Source of the DNA: Babesia bigemina
Lineage: Eukaryota
DNA length: 64,000 nt
Assembly (NCBI RefSeq): GCF_000981445.1
Contig: NC_027217.1
Span: 124,001-188,000, forward strand
Direction: 5' to 3'
Shown: piece by piece, positions 12,162 to 24,700 of the stretch
Layout: the number at the start of each line of letters is the position of its first letter
Numbering within the stretch: position 1 is the stretch's first letter
Translations under genes and position numbers: made by a program
The notes under the pieces: model-generated
Databases searched by the model: none
What the model was told of the DNA's origin: nothing
Seen by the model: the letters and a program-made list of their open reading frames with translations, nothing else

Positions 12162-12599
12162 TCAGTTGTCCCACAGGTGGCCCTTGATCTGGAACTTGCG
12201 CGCCTTCTGCAGGCGGATGTTGTTCAGCTTGATGAGGTGGCGGTTGTGCAGCCGCCGGAAACGGTTGTAGTCGCGCATCTGCGCGTCCTCGATGCCCTTC
12301 CCGTACACGAACATCTGCAGCAGCTCGCCGTACGTCTTGTCCGGCTTGTCCAGCTGCCACAGCCACGATGGGTACGCCTCGTCCGGCAGCATCACGTGGT
12401 CCTCCGGAATACCGGCGTAAATGTTGAACAGGTGCTCGTCGCCTGCGCTGTCTGTCGACGCGGCGGTCACGCGCTGCGTGTCTGCGGCGCCCTTCTTCCC
12501 CTTCTGCTTAGGCGCGTAGCGGACACACCCAGTGTGAACCTGCCGCTGCAGCACCGGCATTGGGCACGCCAGGCCCGCAATGCGGCGTAATAAGGACAT
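12162..12599 (-). CDS. Mitochondrial large-subunit ribosomal protein mL54 (L37 family)
   Basis: Basic N-terminal presequence (MSLLRRIAG); NIYAG..DH.MLPDEAYPSWLWQL and RFRRLHNRHLIKLNN match the mL54 pattern. First ATG at 12599 (the ORF track starts at GTG 12602). Confidence 0.8.
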   Translation of the reverse strand: MSLLRRIAGLACPMPVLQRQVHTGCVRYAPKQKGKKGAADTQRVTAASTDSAGDEHLFNIYAGIPEDHVMLPDEAYPSWLWQLDKPDKTYGELLQMFVYGKGIEDAQMRDYNRFRRLHNRHLIKLNNIRLQKARKFQIKGHLWDN

Positions 12600-15371
12600 C
12601 ACGAGACCAGGCAGAGATGCTCCTGCAGCGCCGACGCCTTCGCCTCGTCACCGTGCAATTGCCGCCACCACCGGTACGGGATGTGTAGCAGACGGAAGCC
12701 CATGCCCGCGATCAGCTCGTGGCGCCTATGGCACAGTTAACGATAATGCACACATTGGCTTGAAAAATGAGCAAGCGGTATCAGACACCCGTGAAAATCC
12801 ACTAAGCACAATACGGCATAGGAATCCAGACAGGGCACGCGGCGCTTGCCGGGCACTACGGATTTGCCAAAAACAATGCTTTATGGTGGGCACATGCGCC
12901 TTATACATGAAGCTAGAACTTACCTGCGAGCCATAGCAGTGAGGTGTGTAGTGCCGTGGTAGTATTGGTGCTCGGTATTTATCTCGATGACGGTGTTAGA
13001 CTTAGGCTCGTAAACGTCCAGAATGAAAGGTCCTGGGTGACATATGATACGGACACACTCCAAAGCACATACCAGCCTTCATGTAGTTGCGATGAGGCAC
13101 GCCGATGAGCGTAAGCACCCTGCTCACGTCCTCGTGGTACGGGCAGTGGAAGGTCTTTGTGGTAGTACCGGAGTCATCAGCAGCTGAGTCGCGCAAGCCG
13201 GGCACATCTTGATCCGAATGGTCGTCTTCTCCTTCATCTGCTATGGCTGCATTGGGCTCATCAGCCGCGATAGGTGCCAACGTGGCATCGGCCAGCTTCT
13301 TGGCCAACGTCTGCTGCCGAACGTCGATGAGAAACTGTTTAGTGGCGTCATCCATACGGGCATATACTTCCGCTTTGAACAGACGAATGTACAACTCGAT
13401 AACCTCCAGGTGGCGCGTGTAGTGGCGGAAGTGTTGCCGGTGGTACTCGCATTTCTCCAGGAATGACAGAATCATGTCATCGCCGAACATTTCGAGTACA
13501 GTTATGGCCTTCATACGTGTGCAGTCGGTTGCTGAAGGTGTGTGATGTATAATAGAGGGCAAGCATACCTGAAAAATGCTCGATGCGCTTCGCCATTACA
13601 TCACGCAGAGGCTGCAGCAGCAACGAGTCGCAAACCCCAAGCTTCGCGAGCGAATTGGCAGCCTGAATAGTCGTGTAATATGTATAAATGTGCAGAAGTG
13701 TACGTCATCTCGTGAGTAGTGGCATATTCACTGTGCCACAGAACCTAAAGTAGCCACCGCACTCAGGTCTTATCCGCAGCGATGTAATTGGGTCAGACAT
13801 GAGGGTACGGATGGTCACACAATAACAATACCTATAGCGGGCACAGTAACTTGTTTCACGTCGACTAAAAGAGCGTAACGTACCTTTACCAAGAAATTGT
13901 TACGCAGCACGGGCCAGCACAGCACCATCTCGTATAGGTCGTCGTACAGCCGCTGATCACGCAGCCGCAGCCTGCCCAATGCCTACTCGTAATTAATGCT
14001 GATTCATATATAAGCAGCAGTGCACTAGCGTAGATGGAGCAAAGCATACCTGGAACAGAAAGACGTAATGCTTGGGTTTCATCTCTGCTCGGCGCCGATG
14101 GATGTGGTCGACCAAGGCACGCACGTGATCCGTCGGGGTGAGTTGGACCTTCGAGACGATTTGGAGAAAGCGCAGCAAGGACCGGATGCAGACGTTAGCG
14201 GCAATGGTGTTAACCCGCGTCAAAAATGCCTCCCACACCTTATCATCGATGTTGCATGTGGCAATGGATTTGCGGGCTTCATTCATCATGACAAAACGCA
14301 GATCCAGTGAATTCAATGCGGCCACCTCGTCCGGGGTTGGGGACACATAGTTAGGTTTCATCCTGTAGACATATATGTCGCACTATGATAATCGTGATGA
14401 CATACCAGTATGCCTTGGGCGCGATCCGAGTCTTCGGAGAGTCGCGTAGCGCTTCCTGCTGCTCTTTGAGCAACTGCGCTTCCAGGTTCCGAAGTTTGCT
14501 GCCCATGCCGTCGAATTTTCTCTCACGGTCACGAAAGAATGAGCTGTAGAATTCCTCCTCGGTCATGTCGTAAATGGACTGCGCAACGATAAAGCATACT
14601 TTCCGAATGCGCCGTTTGGACAAAGGCGTTACACAAAGCATTCAGGTAACGAAGGGTTTACGATGGACTTTGCCTAACATATTAAATAGCCATACATAGC
14701 GGAAGTCTTTAAAACGGAAAAGTAGGTTTGACTTACCTTATTCAAAAAATGGAACTGTTCTACCCGCGGCCTGCGCTCAATGTCGATGTCGTCCACGCTG
14801 AATTCTTTGATGTGCGACTCCGCAACTGGTTCGCGTGGATTCCAGGTTACTTTGCCGTGTTCGGCCAGCATTTGACGCTTTATCATTTTTTTTGCCCGCT
14901 TCTTTCCGTATTTCGCCTCCAGGTCGGCGGGCTTCATGGTAGCCTTCACATGCTTTCGCACCTGACAACGGGTTAATCACGCATAAATAGACGTGGTTGA
15001 CATACCTCGTGTGGTTTTAATTGGTCGTATTCCTCTTTAGTGACAAAACGTGTTCGCTTGGCTTCCAAAAATTCCTTCTGACTCAACACCCGGCCGCTGA
15101 CGTCAGCGTTGTCGTCCGTTATATCCACCACCGACTGAGTACGCGTTACCTTACCGACATCGTCCGTGCTTTGGAGCTGGATGTACCTGTCATCACTCGG
15201 GGATGGCGGAGCAGGCTGCGACGTCTTGAAGGCAGAAGTGGTAAGCCGTCGATGAGTTGCCGAGGTGCCAACGGTCCTGGCGGGAAACGATACACCTGTA
15301 CATTTCCACGTACGGCATGCTTCTGCGAGCAGAAGCGGTATCTGTCTTTCCAGGAAAAACGTGAACGCCAT
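12599..15371 (-). CDS. RAP-domain RNA-binding protein, multi-exon
   Basis: Spliced C-terminus PFILDVYEPKSNTVIEINTEHQYYHGTTHLTAMAR|RHELIAGMGFRLLHIPYRWW is a RAP domain. Last intron 12726-12923; last exon 12599-12725 ends ..CLVS-TGA. Upstream ORFs from 13002 to 15392 are helical coding exons. Start ATG 15371 is probable. Confidence 0.8.
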
Positions 15372-15816
15372 GGCACATGTGCACGGTATCACTTATAGAC
15401 ATCAAACGATGCTAGCACTAAGACCGATAAGCAATTAGTTGCTCTAAGTGACGGTGCTACCATAAGTGGGTGTAATTTAACCCTGAATCCAGATATAGTT
15501 AGGATAATGAAGGAATCCTCCCGCCAAAGTGCCTTCCGTCGAGAGGATGCTACACACCACGTACACATTTAATATTTACAGTGCCAACATTAGGGCAACA
15601 AGTTGCTGGATTAATTCCGAGAAATTGCCGATGCAGCAATGAAGGATGCGCCGTACCCAGTCAGTGCGGCGCATACCTGGAGCGGAATAAAGGCGATTCC
15701 CGCCTTCCACTTAAACACCTTTGCGCCATCTCAACTTGTGCGTCAAAATGGGCGTAGAGTGGTGGAATAAGCTTCTTTGTCGACTGGCATGTGCAAACCG
15801 AGAGTTGAAAGAGCAG

Positions 15817-18800
15817 TCACCAAGCCGTGTCGTAGTCGGAGTCGTAATTGGCTTCTGACTTAACTTCGGCTTCATTGGCTACGTTGGTCAATCCCAGCCT
15901 TTCTAGCAGAATCTTCTCGAAAAAGTTATACATTTCCATGGACACGATGCCGTTACCCATCTTGAAGTCGTTAGGTGAACCAGACGAGCCCTGCTGTCGA
16001 CCAAACAGATCCAGCAGGGCGCCTATGTCCTCAAACAGGCCCTCGCGTTCAACAAGCTGCTCCTGGCCGCTGTAAGCCCCCACCTTGTATCCATGCAACC
16101 CAAACTCGCCGATCCATATCGCGGATACGGCGTCGAAGATGGACACATGATCCCTGAACATTAGCCGAGCGTGCGCCTGCGACAGACGGAGCAGACTCTC
16201 CACAGTACGGATCGTAGGACCGCCGTGCGAGCCGCTGTCCAAAGCCTGCTGGCGCGACACCACATAGTAGGCGTGGATGACCCTTCTAGCGGCCACCGTC
16301 AGGGTGGGGAACAGGTGGGCCCGAATGTACTCAATGTATTCCTTCATCGCACCGTTCGCATTCCAATTGAAAGGCCGCTCTCCGTCGGTTTCTTCCAACT
16401 TCACGTCTTTGCGAAGGTTGCGCTGAGACCCGGCTCGCGGCTGTGTTCCATCGGTGGCCATGTCGGCCTCATCGGTCTCCTCTTCCGATATATCTTCCTC
16501 ATCAAAATCGTCGACCATTTCACAGTCATAGTCACCGCACGTCGATGAGTCGCCTGGGACGCTCGCGGTACCCTTCAAACTACGAAGCGCCCTCGACTTA
16601 GCATCGCGGATCGGGGCCTCACAAGTGTCCAACAAGAAGTCAACCAATTCAGAGTCGTTCAATGGATTTTCAGTGAACACCATTACCAAATCAAACCTGG
16701 ATAACAAAGGAATGGGTACATCTACGGAGAGCAGCGGATGACTAGAATGCGTCCCACCCTGTGAGTCATCTCTGTTCACATACCTCCGAATCATCTGCAT
16801 TTTAAAGTTTGACGCAGCGATGACACTGCACCGACAGTTGAGGGAACACTTTATGCCAACTTTGGCCACCGATATCACCTGCTGTTCCATGGCCTCGTGC
16901 AGGCACGCCTTGTCGTCAGGGTGGATGAGCGAAAACTCGTCGACGCAGCACAGTCCACCATCAGCGAGCACCAGTGCACCAGCGGCAAGCATGGTATGGC
17001 CGCAGTCGCGCACCACAGTGCAAGTGAGACCGGCTGATGTACAGTGCGTGCCAGAGACGGAAACGTGGCGGTCCACAAGGCTCTTCGCAAATCTCAAGAA
17101 CTGCGACTTTCCGGTACCAGGGTGACCCAAGAACAGGATGTGACACTGCGTGCGATTTAGCCGCGTTGCTTTAGAATCGTAGGTGGGGGAAAGGCCCGGA
17201 GATGTCCTTTGAGGAGATGTATCCCCAAAGGAACGGTCTCCGGAAAACTTGGCCCAGCGATTAACATGCGTTTCCTCTTCAAATGGTGTTGTATGGACGG
17301 GGAACCCTCCTGAATAACGATGAAGGTCGGGTGGTAATGTTTGCACGTACCTATCACGGTAAGCAAGAGGCCCAACTTTGCGTTATCCACGCCCGCCATG
17401 GTGGTGCAAATCGACTTGAGCAGGATGTTCCTGCCCGCAACTTCGTCTTTACGATACTTCGCCCAGAATGGTGAATATATGCTGTCCTCAATCGTTGTAA
17501 TAGGGTTCAGTGGCGGAGGCTTGTGCAAATTGATCACGTCTAGGTTGAGGGCATCCACAAATATCTGGGACACACACCTGAATGAATTTTAGATTGCCGT
17601 ATATGACGTGTAGACAATTGTTAAAACATCAAGCAGCTGGAAGGACGCAAAGTGCAAACGTGAAGAAACAAAATGTTTACAAATCGAGTATTGAAATGCG
17701 TTATACCTTAATTATTCGTTTGATGCATATCCGCAAACAACGTATGATAACAGTGGCACATAGTGGGTTATTACACGGACGCTTGCTAACAATTCGGATG
17801 CACAACTTACTTCCTTCCGCTGCGGAGGGTTCTCCAGCGACGTTTAACCATGCCTATCAGGTGGATGGTGTCGCCGGGCACGCATGTTCCAGTGATATCG
17901 CGCCGTAATACCACCGGTATGGCGACACCAATGGAGTTTATCCGTGAATCCTCTGATATAGATTGGCATCGTATCTCCTGCAGGTCAGCTCGCTTTACGG
18001 CAACGCCCTGGACAAAAGTGTCCCCGAAACACCTCGGCCGGAACGCTCCTTTCGTTGTTTCCAAATAGTGCGGGCATTTGGATGGAGCTACAATGAAATA
18101 GTGAAGCTCAGGAACCGCTCGAGCCAAGACGCTTTGGTGGCAACGTACGCACCTGTACTCCCGTTCCTCATCGAGGACGGAAATGATGCCCACCCTGGTC
18201 ACAGTACATACCAATGTCACCAGGCCTCCCACATCCTCTTCCCTTATATGGTCTACCCTGTTCTTCCACACGGACGCGATTGGCGGGATGTTACGCAACC
18301 GAGTTGTGAACTGGAGATTCTTCGAAATACGTTTTGTCTCGGGTAATTCGAGAGTGTTCTTGCAGTGCAAGTCATTCAACGTGCGATCTAAATACTTCGA
18401 GACGGATTGTGAATCCTTGCACAAGGACTCGATATCGTATTTTTCATGGAAGGTTTCCACAATGGCAACTGGGTCGGGGTGGCAGCCCTCCTCAATCAGC
18501 TTCTCTAACAATTCGTAAAGCAGCGGCAGAATGCGCAAGTCCAACAAACGCAATAGCACGTCAGGCGCAGTCATCAGGTCCGAACCCAATGCAGGAGCAT
18601 CAACGATAAGCTTCATCACATCGATGAAAACGCTGCGATAGTGCTTGGATATCGTGTAGCGCGAGTTATCGGCAGACCCACCTACCGACGCACGCGAGTT
18701 TGTACCCTGCGAATAGCCAGCTGGTGGGGGGATCCTTTTAGGCGTACAAGTTTCAGAATTCTGATCTGCACGACCGTCGGTAGTGGCTTCATACACGGGT

Positions 18801-19393
18801 TCCGTCTTGATGATGTCATTGGTCGCAAAATTACCGGCACATTCAGAGTCCCGATACGCTGCGACCTCAGGGGTAGAACCATTTACTGTTCCACCGGGTG
18901 GATTCCCGCATAGATATGAAGTGCGGGGAGTGGTGGCATTGGGGTCACACCGAGACGGTGACCCAGATGACAAGAATTGGGAAGATTTAATATCCTTCCC
19001 ATCGTTATAAAAGCTTGCTGATGACTGTAAGTCGTAGTGATGAGTAGTCACTGCGTAGTCGGTGCAAGGTGCTAATTTTTTTAACAACGAAGGATCCTCA
19101 TATTTATTGACGCATAGCATATCGAGATACTGCGACAGCAAATCGTCATCGCTCACGATATATTGGATGAATCCATTCACGTAATAAGAAACCGGAGAGG
19201 CCACTATGTCGCATATACGCCCCCCCTTTTTCGACGCTGTGTCTTCCCTGTATCCAAGCGGTGGTAGGAACAGCCCCGGAAAATATAGCTGCTCGACCAC
19301 CGCATCAACAGCGGATTGCTGCCGACCGGAAGCATCACGTCGATATGTATTCTGCTTCGGAAAAGATTCGCGTGGCGCGGTGATTTTGCTCAT
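15817..19393 (-). CDS. MCM9: MCM-family helicase, MCM9-like, 3 exons
   Basis: Zn finger YRCVRC..KCP; Walker A GHPGTGKSQ; AGALVLADGGLCCVDEF; HEAMEQQ; Arg finger LLSRFDL; TIRTVESLLRLSQAHARLMFR. Introns at ~17578-17810 and ~17310-17350. MCM9 versus MCM8 is judged from motif recall. Confidence 0.75.
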
Positions 19394-21782
19394 CACACCA
19401 ATGCGTGATCTCTTCCCTAAAACAACAGAATTTTAGTTATTTAACCGAAGCTCCTGGTAATACGTGTATCCGATAAGTATATGTAGCGAGTTTCACAAAT
19501 ATCGATAGGGTGATAGCGGCAACAATTACAACATGAAAATGCCGCGTCAAACGACTACATAGAGTTAATCAAAACTGCAGAACAAACTTCACATGCTAAT
19601 TGAATAGGACGCACATCGTAATCAGTTATATGTGTCACATTGCTGAATTGCCGTAGCCCGTTTACACGCCAGCACAGCCGCAGCCTAGCCACGCTCCCCC
19701 AACGAAATCAGTGTGTAACCTCTAAATGACTGCGCATAAAAATTTGCATCCAAAATTCTTTTGCTTGTGTGTGTGACATGAAGCAAATGATCATTTGGCG
19801 ATTGGTTGAAATAATTCGTACGCCTACGTGTTTTGTTCAATCAGCGAAAAGTTACACCGGTGTGTGTCGCATCGGCATGTGTAATGGTGAAATAGACAGA
19901 TGTACATATTACTAATTCCAGATGTGCCAAAGAATACACAGAGATTCGGAAGTTTTGTCTTATAAAAACGCAATCCATGAATATTGTGTGTTCACGCTAT
20001 GTACAACGTTATACCTTCTTGCATAGGAAGGTGTGATATGTTTTTACCATCTATATCAGCTGATTTTTATTGCTTAATAATTTGTTTTATGGAATTTAGA
20101 GGTATTCAGCGGCACACTCAGACACTTGTTGCCGCATTCCAGTGGTGTGTTCGCTGCACGAAAGGTTACAGTGTGATTGTTTAGGTGATGAATTGTAATT
20201 TAGATTACCTTGCTATGTCGCTTCTATTTTCGCATATTGGTGAATTTCAATTGCGTCGTTGGGTGCATTATACACCATGTAATTAAGTGGACGCGACGAC
20301 ATAATTGTGCCTGATGTGTGTTTTGCATGAGGCAACTCATTCCACGTGAAATCATATAATGCGGCCATACGTAATGTACGCTGCTATCTGAATTCATATC
20401 TCGTGATGCGACTCCCTCAAATTGAATCTGTTGTGAGGATGGAACTGTGGAATCCAGTCTGTCTACATGCATCATGTTTTATGTGACTATAGAACGACTA
20501 GACCGCGTCGAGAAATTTTAATATATCTTATATTGCAGATAATACCCGAATCACTACGTTAAGTCGTCTGCAATGTCTTAAGACGCTCTTAAATATCCAA
20601 AAAGGATTAGGACGAGATATACTGTTGATTTGTAACGGGTTTAGGAAACGGTAGAAGACCAATTTTCAGTACGCCTACGCTATTAATGCAACAACCGAGT
20701 CTGCCATCCGCTTTGATGTTGCGTGGCGGACACTCCCGATGCGTACAAGCTGCCTAATCACAGGATTCTACTACATTGACCTAAAATAGTAGTTGCGATA
20801 TCAGACTGCCACGTGGTTTAGGTGGAACTATTGTGTTTTTACGATGTTTTGCGATAGTAAAGATGATATGTGTCCCGGAGGCTCCTGGTGTAGTCAAGAA
20901 CTTTGTCGAAAGGCCATATTTCATAGCTGATCATGACACCTATAACGTTAATGGCAATCACAATTAGAAGGAAACCAAATACAACTAGGTAAGGCGCATA
21001 TTCATTTGCATTCATCTTTCACCACAGCTCTCAGAACAAAAAAAACCTGAACAATAATTAGCAACGTGCCCGGATGCCCGAGTGGCGGCTAGCGATAACA
21101 TTCCTCACCGCTTCTAATGTTATGCTGCGATATTATCCTTTAATTACTTTTGGTAAACGAATATATGTGCAGCCTACGCTTCAGATTGCGATAAAATGCT
21201 GTGAGTGCGCTGTGTAGTGGGCAAAAGGGATCGACTACGCATTCTGCCCATAGCAACGAGCTACGGGTTTAATTGTTTTTTATATTACGATATATATTTA
21301 TATGTTTCATGGAACGGTAAACTGTGGTCGCGCTTAGCTTTGCTGGCCTACATATATACGCACGTCTGCGTGCTCCACCGTGAGGGACTAAACAATAGTG
21401 GATCCGACACTAAATAAGGAATTTCCGAATAAGTTGGCGTTGTTCTCATATTTATCTCCATTAGTACTACGCTGTACGGATGTGGTAAAGTCGAGAAAGT
21501 TCGCAGAATCTATCATGTACACACGCCTCCAGGCGTTTGCTACCTACACATCAGCGCACTTGCATCCGGTACATTTGCCAAACAGATACACAAGCGTATC
21601 TCATGGAGTGACGCGTGTGAGACGCTAACATGGGTATTTATTTTTCATGCTTGACAGATCAGTGGCAAGATTATAGGATGCGAACATAACTAACAGATAG
21701 CCCACTACAATGCTAGTTAACACATTGTGCTACGTTATCTTGTTGTTGTAGCAAGGTGTGCTACGCTGTTTCTAACATTTGA

Positions 21783-24700
21783 TCATGGCATCTGCAACGT
21801 CGTGAACACTCCAGCGTCGCCAGCAGGCCGTAGCAGGCAGCGAGTGGGCGACGAATTTGTGAAATGATTGCAACCACATATGTGAAGCGTATTGATGAGC
21901 CCGAGGAATACGCATACGAAGTAGCGTAGCGGTGCGTAACACAATGACACGAGAGTGAAGATGAATGGCTCCCGGATGCCGTAGAGGAAAGCGTCCATGG
22001 CGGTCATGAGTGATGCGATAGGCTTGCCGTTGACGATTTCTTCCAGCTTAGAGATGATCTGTTGACATGTGAATGGCGGCTGTAATCCCACCTCCGGTGG
22101 CGTGAACCCGTGAGTGTAGAGGAGGGGCGGCGCAGTGGAACACAGGTGGAGGGATGAACACTTGATACTAACGTGCTTCTTGAGATCATAGTGCAGCTTT
22201 TGAAGTGACTCCCACAGCCTGTCCGGCAGGTACACCGCCCAGCTGAGGTAGGTGTGGGCGAAGCTCTGGGAGTACAGGGCGTAGGCCCGGTAGGTGATGG
22301 GCGAGCAACGTGGATGACAAGTGGCAGAGTCACTACCGCAGCCAACCAGAGTGGACAGGGTACGGGGATGCTCGTTGTCGTGGTTGGAGTTGGACTTGAG
22401 AGACTCGGAGCCCCGGATGCCACTGACAGCTTGGAGGTCCGAGTTCTTGAGATGGTCCCAGTCAGGGCAGTGGTCATGTGGAGTGGAAAGTGAATTGCCG
22501 AGTGAAGACAAGGACTCTGAAGCATACCCGTACAGCTCATTCCCGAAATTATGGAAGAAGGACACAAGCTCCCCGGTGGTGCGCGGCGTCCGCCTGGTGA
22601 TGCAGTTGAGGTAGGAGCACAGTGTCAGCAAGGGGTCCTCACCGCCGCAGCTGGGAGTGAGGATGGAGGAAAGGGTGATGCCATTTTCCGATTCCTCAGG
22701 TAAATCATCCTTCCTGAATCCCATCCTGACGCGGCTCTTGAGGCAGGGGTTGCACGGGTCGAAGGGGTGAGTCTCGAAGTCGGAGTCCCAGTTGTCGGTC
22801 AGGAACGCCTGGAGGGGGGACTTGGAAGCAGTGATGTCACTGCCGTACTTACAATCTTGCCACCCACCATGGATTTTTCCTCGTGAACACTGCGCCTTCA
22901 GGAATTGCAACTGGTAGTGGCAGGCGTAGGCGTAGTCACGCAGCTGGCAGAGGAGGGCGCAGCAATCAGGCTCCTCGGATGACTTAGGCTTCACGGTTTT
23001 CAATGACACACTTGCTTTCCAGTTGGGTGCAATGGCGGCGAGGACTGAACGGGCAAACATGGCAGTAAGTTGGAGTATGTCGAATACATCTGTGGGCCTG
23101 ATGTTGGCGTGGTTGACGGAAAGTGCAAGCTGTGAAGCGTCACTATGCGGGGCAGTAAATGCCTTCTCAATACATTTCTCCAGAGTGTCATGATGTTTTC
23201 TGTTTTGAAGCCCCGCCAGCCACTGAAGCATGTCCCGGACTGTGCGCGGTGCCTGCGATGGGAACAGCTCCGTCTCGGGGATGTAGGGGGAGCTAGGGGT
23301 GATTTTATGGGTTATCCAGGCGGGAGCGCAGGTGTCTTTAAATTCGACTGTATTAATTTTGGGATTCTCGCTCGGAGGTAGATACTGCTCTGGGCCTGGA
23401 GGAGGTATATTGAATGAGATTGCAGGAAATGATGGATCTACGAGGTCAGGCGGTGTGTCATTTCTAATATGGGTTGAGTCATCGTCAAAATCCAAATCGA
23501 AGTCGAGGTGGTTGTCTGGCAATGTATGTTTGGCGACTTCGATGAAGAACTCGGGGTCATCGAATTTGGGTGGAGGGCGGTCTGGGACGTCGATATATAA
23601 TCCCCTTGTTGGTTGTGGCTCAGCGAGAAACATAGCCGTAGGAATAGAAATACTATGTGGATTTGGATTGCGAATGGGTGCTCCAGTGGCCATCGAAAAT
23701 GTGGGTTTATTCGCATAATTTGGCATTTTAGGGAGACTAGAAATACTCTTGGAAATAATCGGTTGACCACTTAAGGATTCGGCGGCCGCTCGTTGTTTTT
23801 GGTATTCTACATCTTTGAAATGCTTTATTGCATCAAGAGTCCTTTGTACCTCTTGTATGTGCTCCTGCTGTAATCGTTTGGTTTTTATACTTTGATCTTG
23901 AGAGTATTTCTCCCACTGCTGTTGCATATCCCGTTGTAACTCGACCGTCTTGTCGTACTCCGCTAATTGTACATTTCGCTGATGTTCCTGTTCTCCTGTA
24001 TTTTGAGATTCATCTTTAATCTCTCCACCATCCAGACCTTCCGACATGTGAACTGCAAAATCCATATCAATAATCCTACGTATGTCATTCGTTTGCGATT
24101 CTACAACTGCTTGCGGAACACCATCAATTGACGCCAAATTGGGTTCGATCCTTTCATTATTTTCAAGTAAAAATGTATTAAGCCGATCACGGCCCTGCGC
24201 ATGTTGTAAATGAAATGAATTTTCATAGGCTTTGTGTTCTACTGCCCTGCGCTCTTCTTCTTTCTGCATTTCTCTATAGGATTCATCCGGCACAGCTTCG
24301 CCATCCGGGATGAAATCACGCAAATCTGCAACTGGAGTGCCGCTAAGCAGCGGTGCATAGTCACTCTGTAACTGCTGCAGTTGACGTTGACGTTCCTCAT
24401 AGGCCTCCTGGTTCTTACGTTCCGCTTCTTCATTCATTTTGTTTTGTTCTTCCGCCCATCCTAACAAGTTTTCCATTTTTGTCTCTTTTGCCTTCCTTTT
24501 CTCCTGCTGCCGTTTTCCATAATTATACAACTGCTCTAAACGTTCGACATCTTTCTGTTGCCGTTTCCATTTTTTGTTGGCCTCTCCTAGTTTGACAACC
24601 TCTTTTTGCCATGCGTCGTGTTGTTTATCTGAAAATTTCATTTCCTCCGTTCGCCTTTTCAATTTTAAACGTTGTTTATCGGATTTCGCCCTTTTTTGTT

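Noticed and set aside
19400..21780. Hidden gene or ncRNA in the 2.4-kb AT-richer gap
   Set aside because: Only short ORFs without motifs and no tRNA/rRNA pattern that I could recognise; a covariance-model search would be needed to exclude ncRNA.
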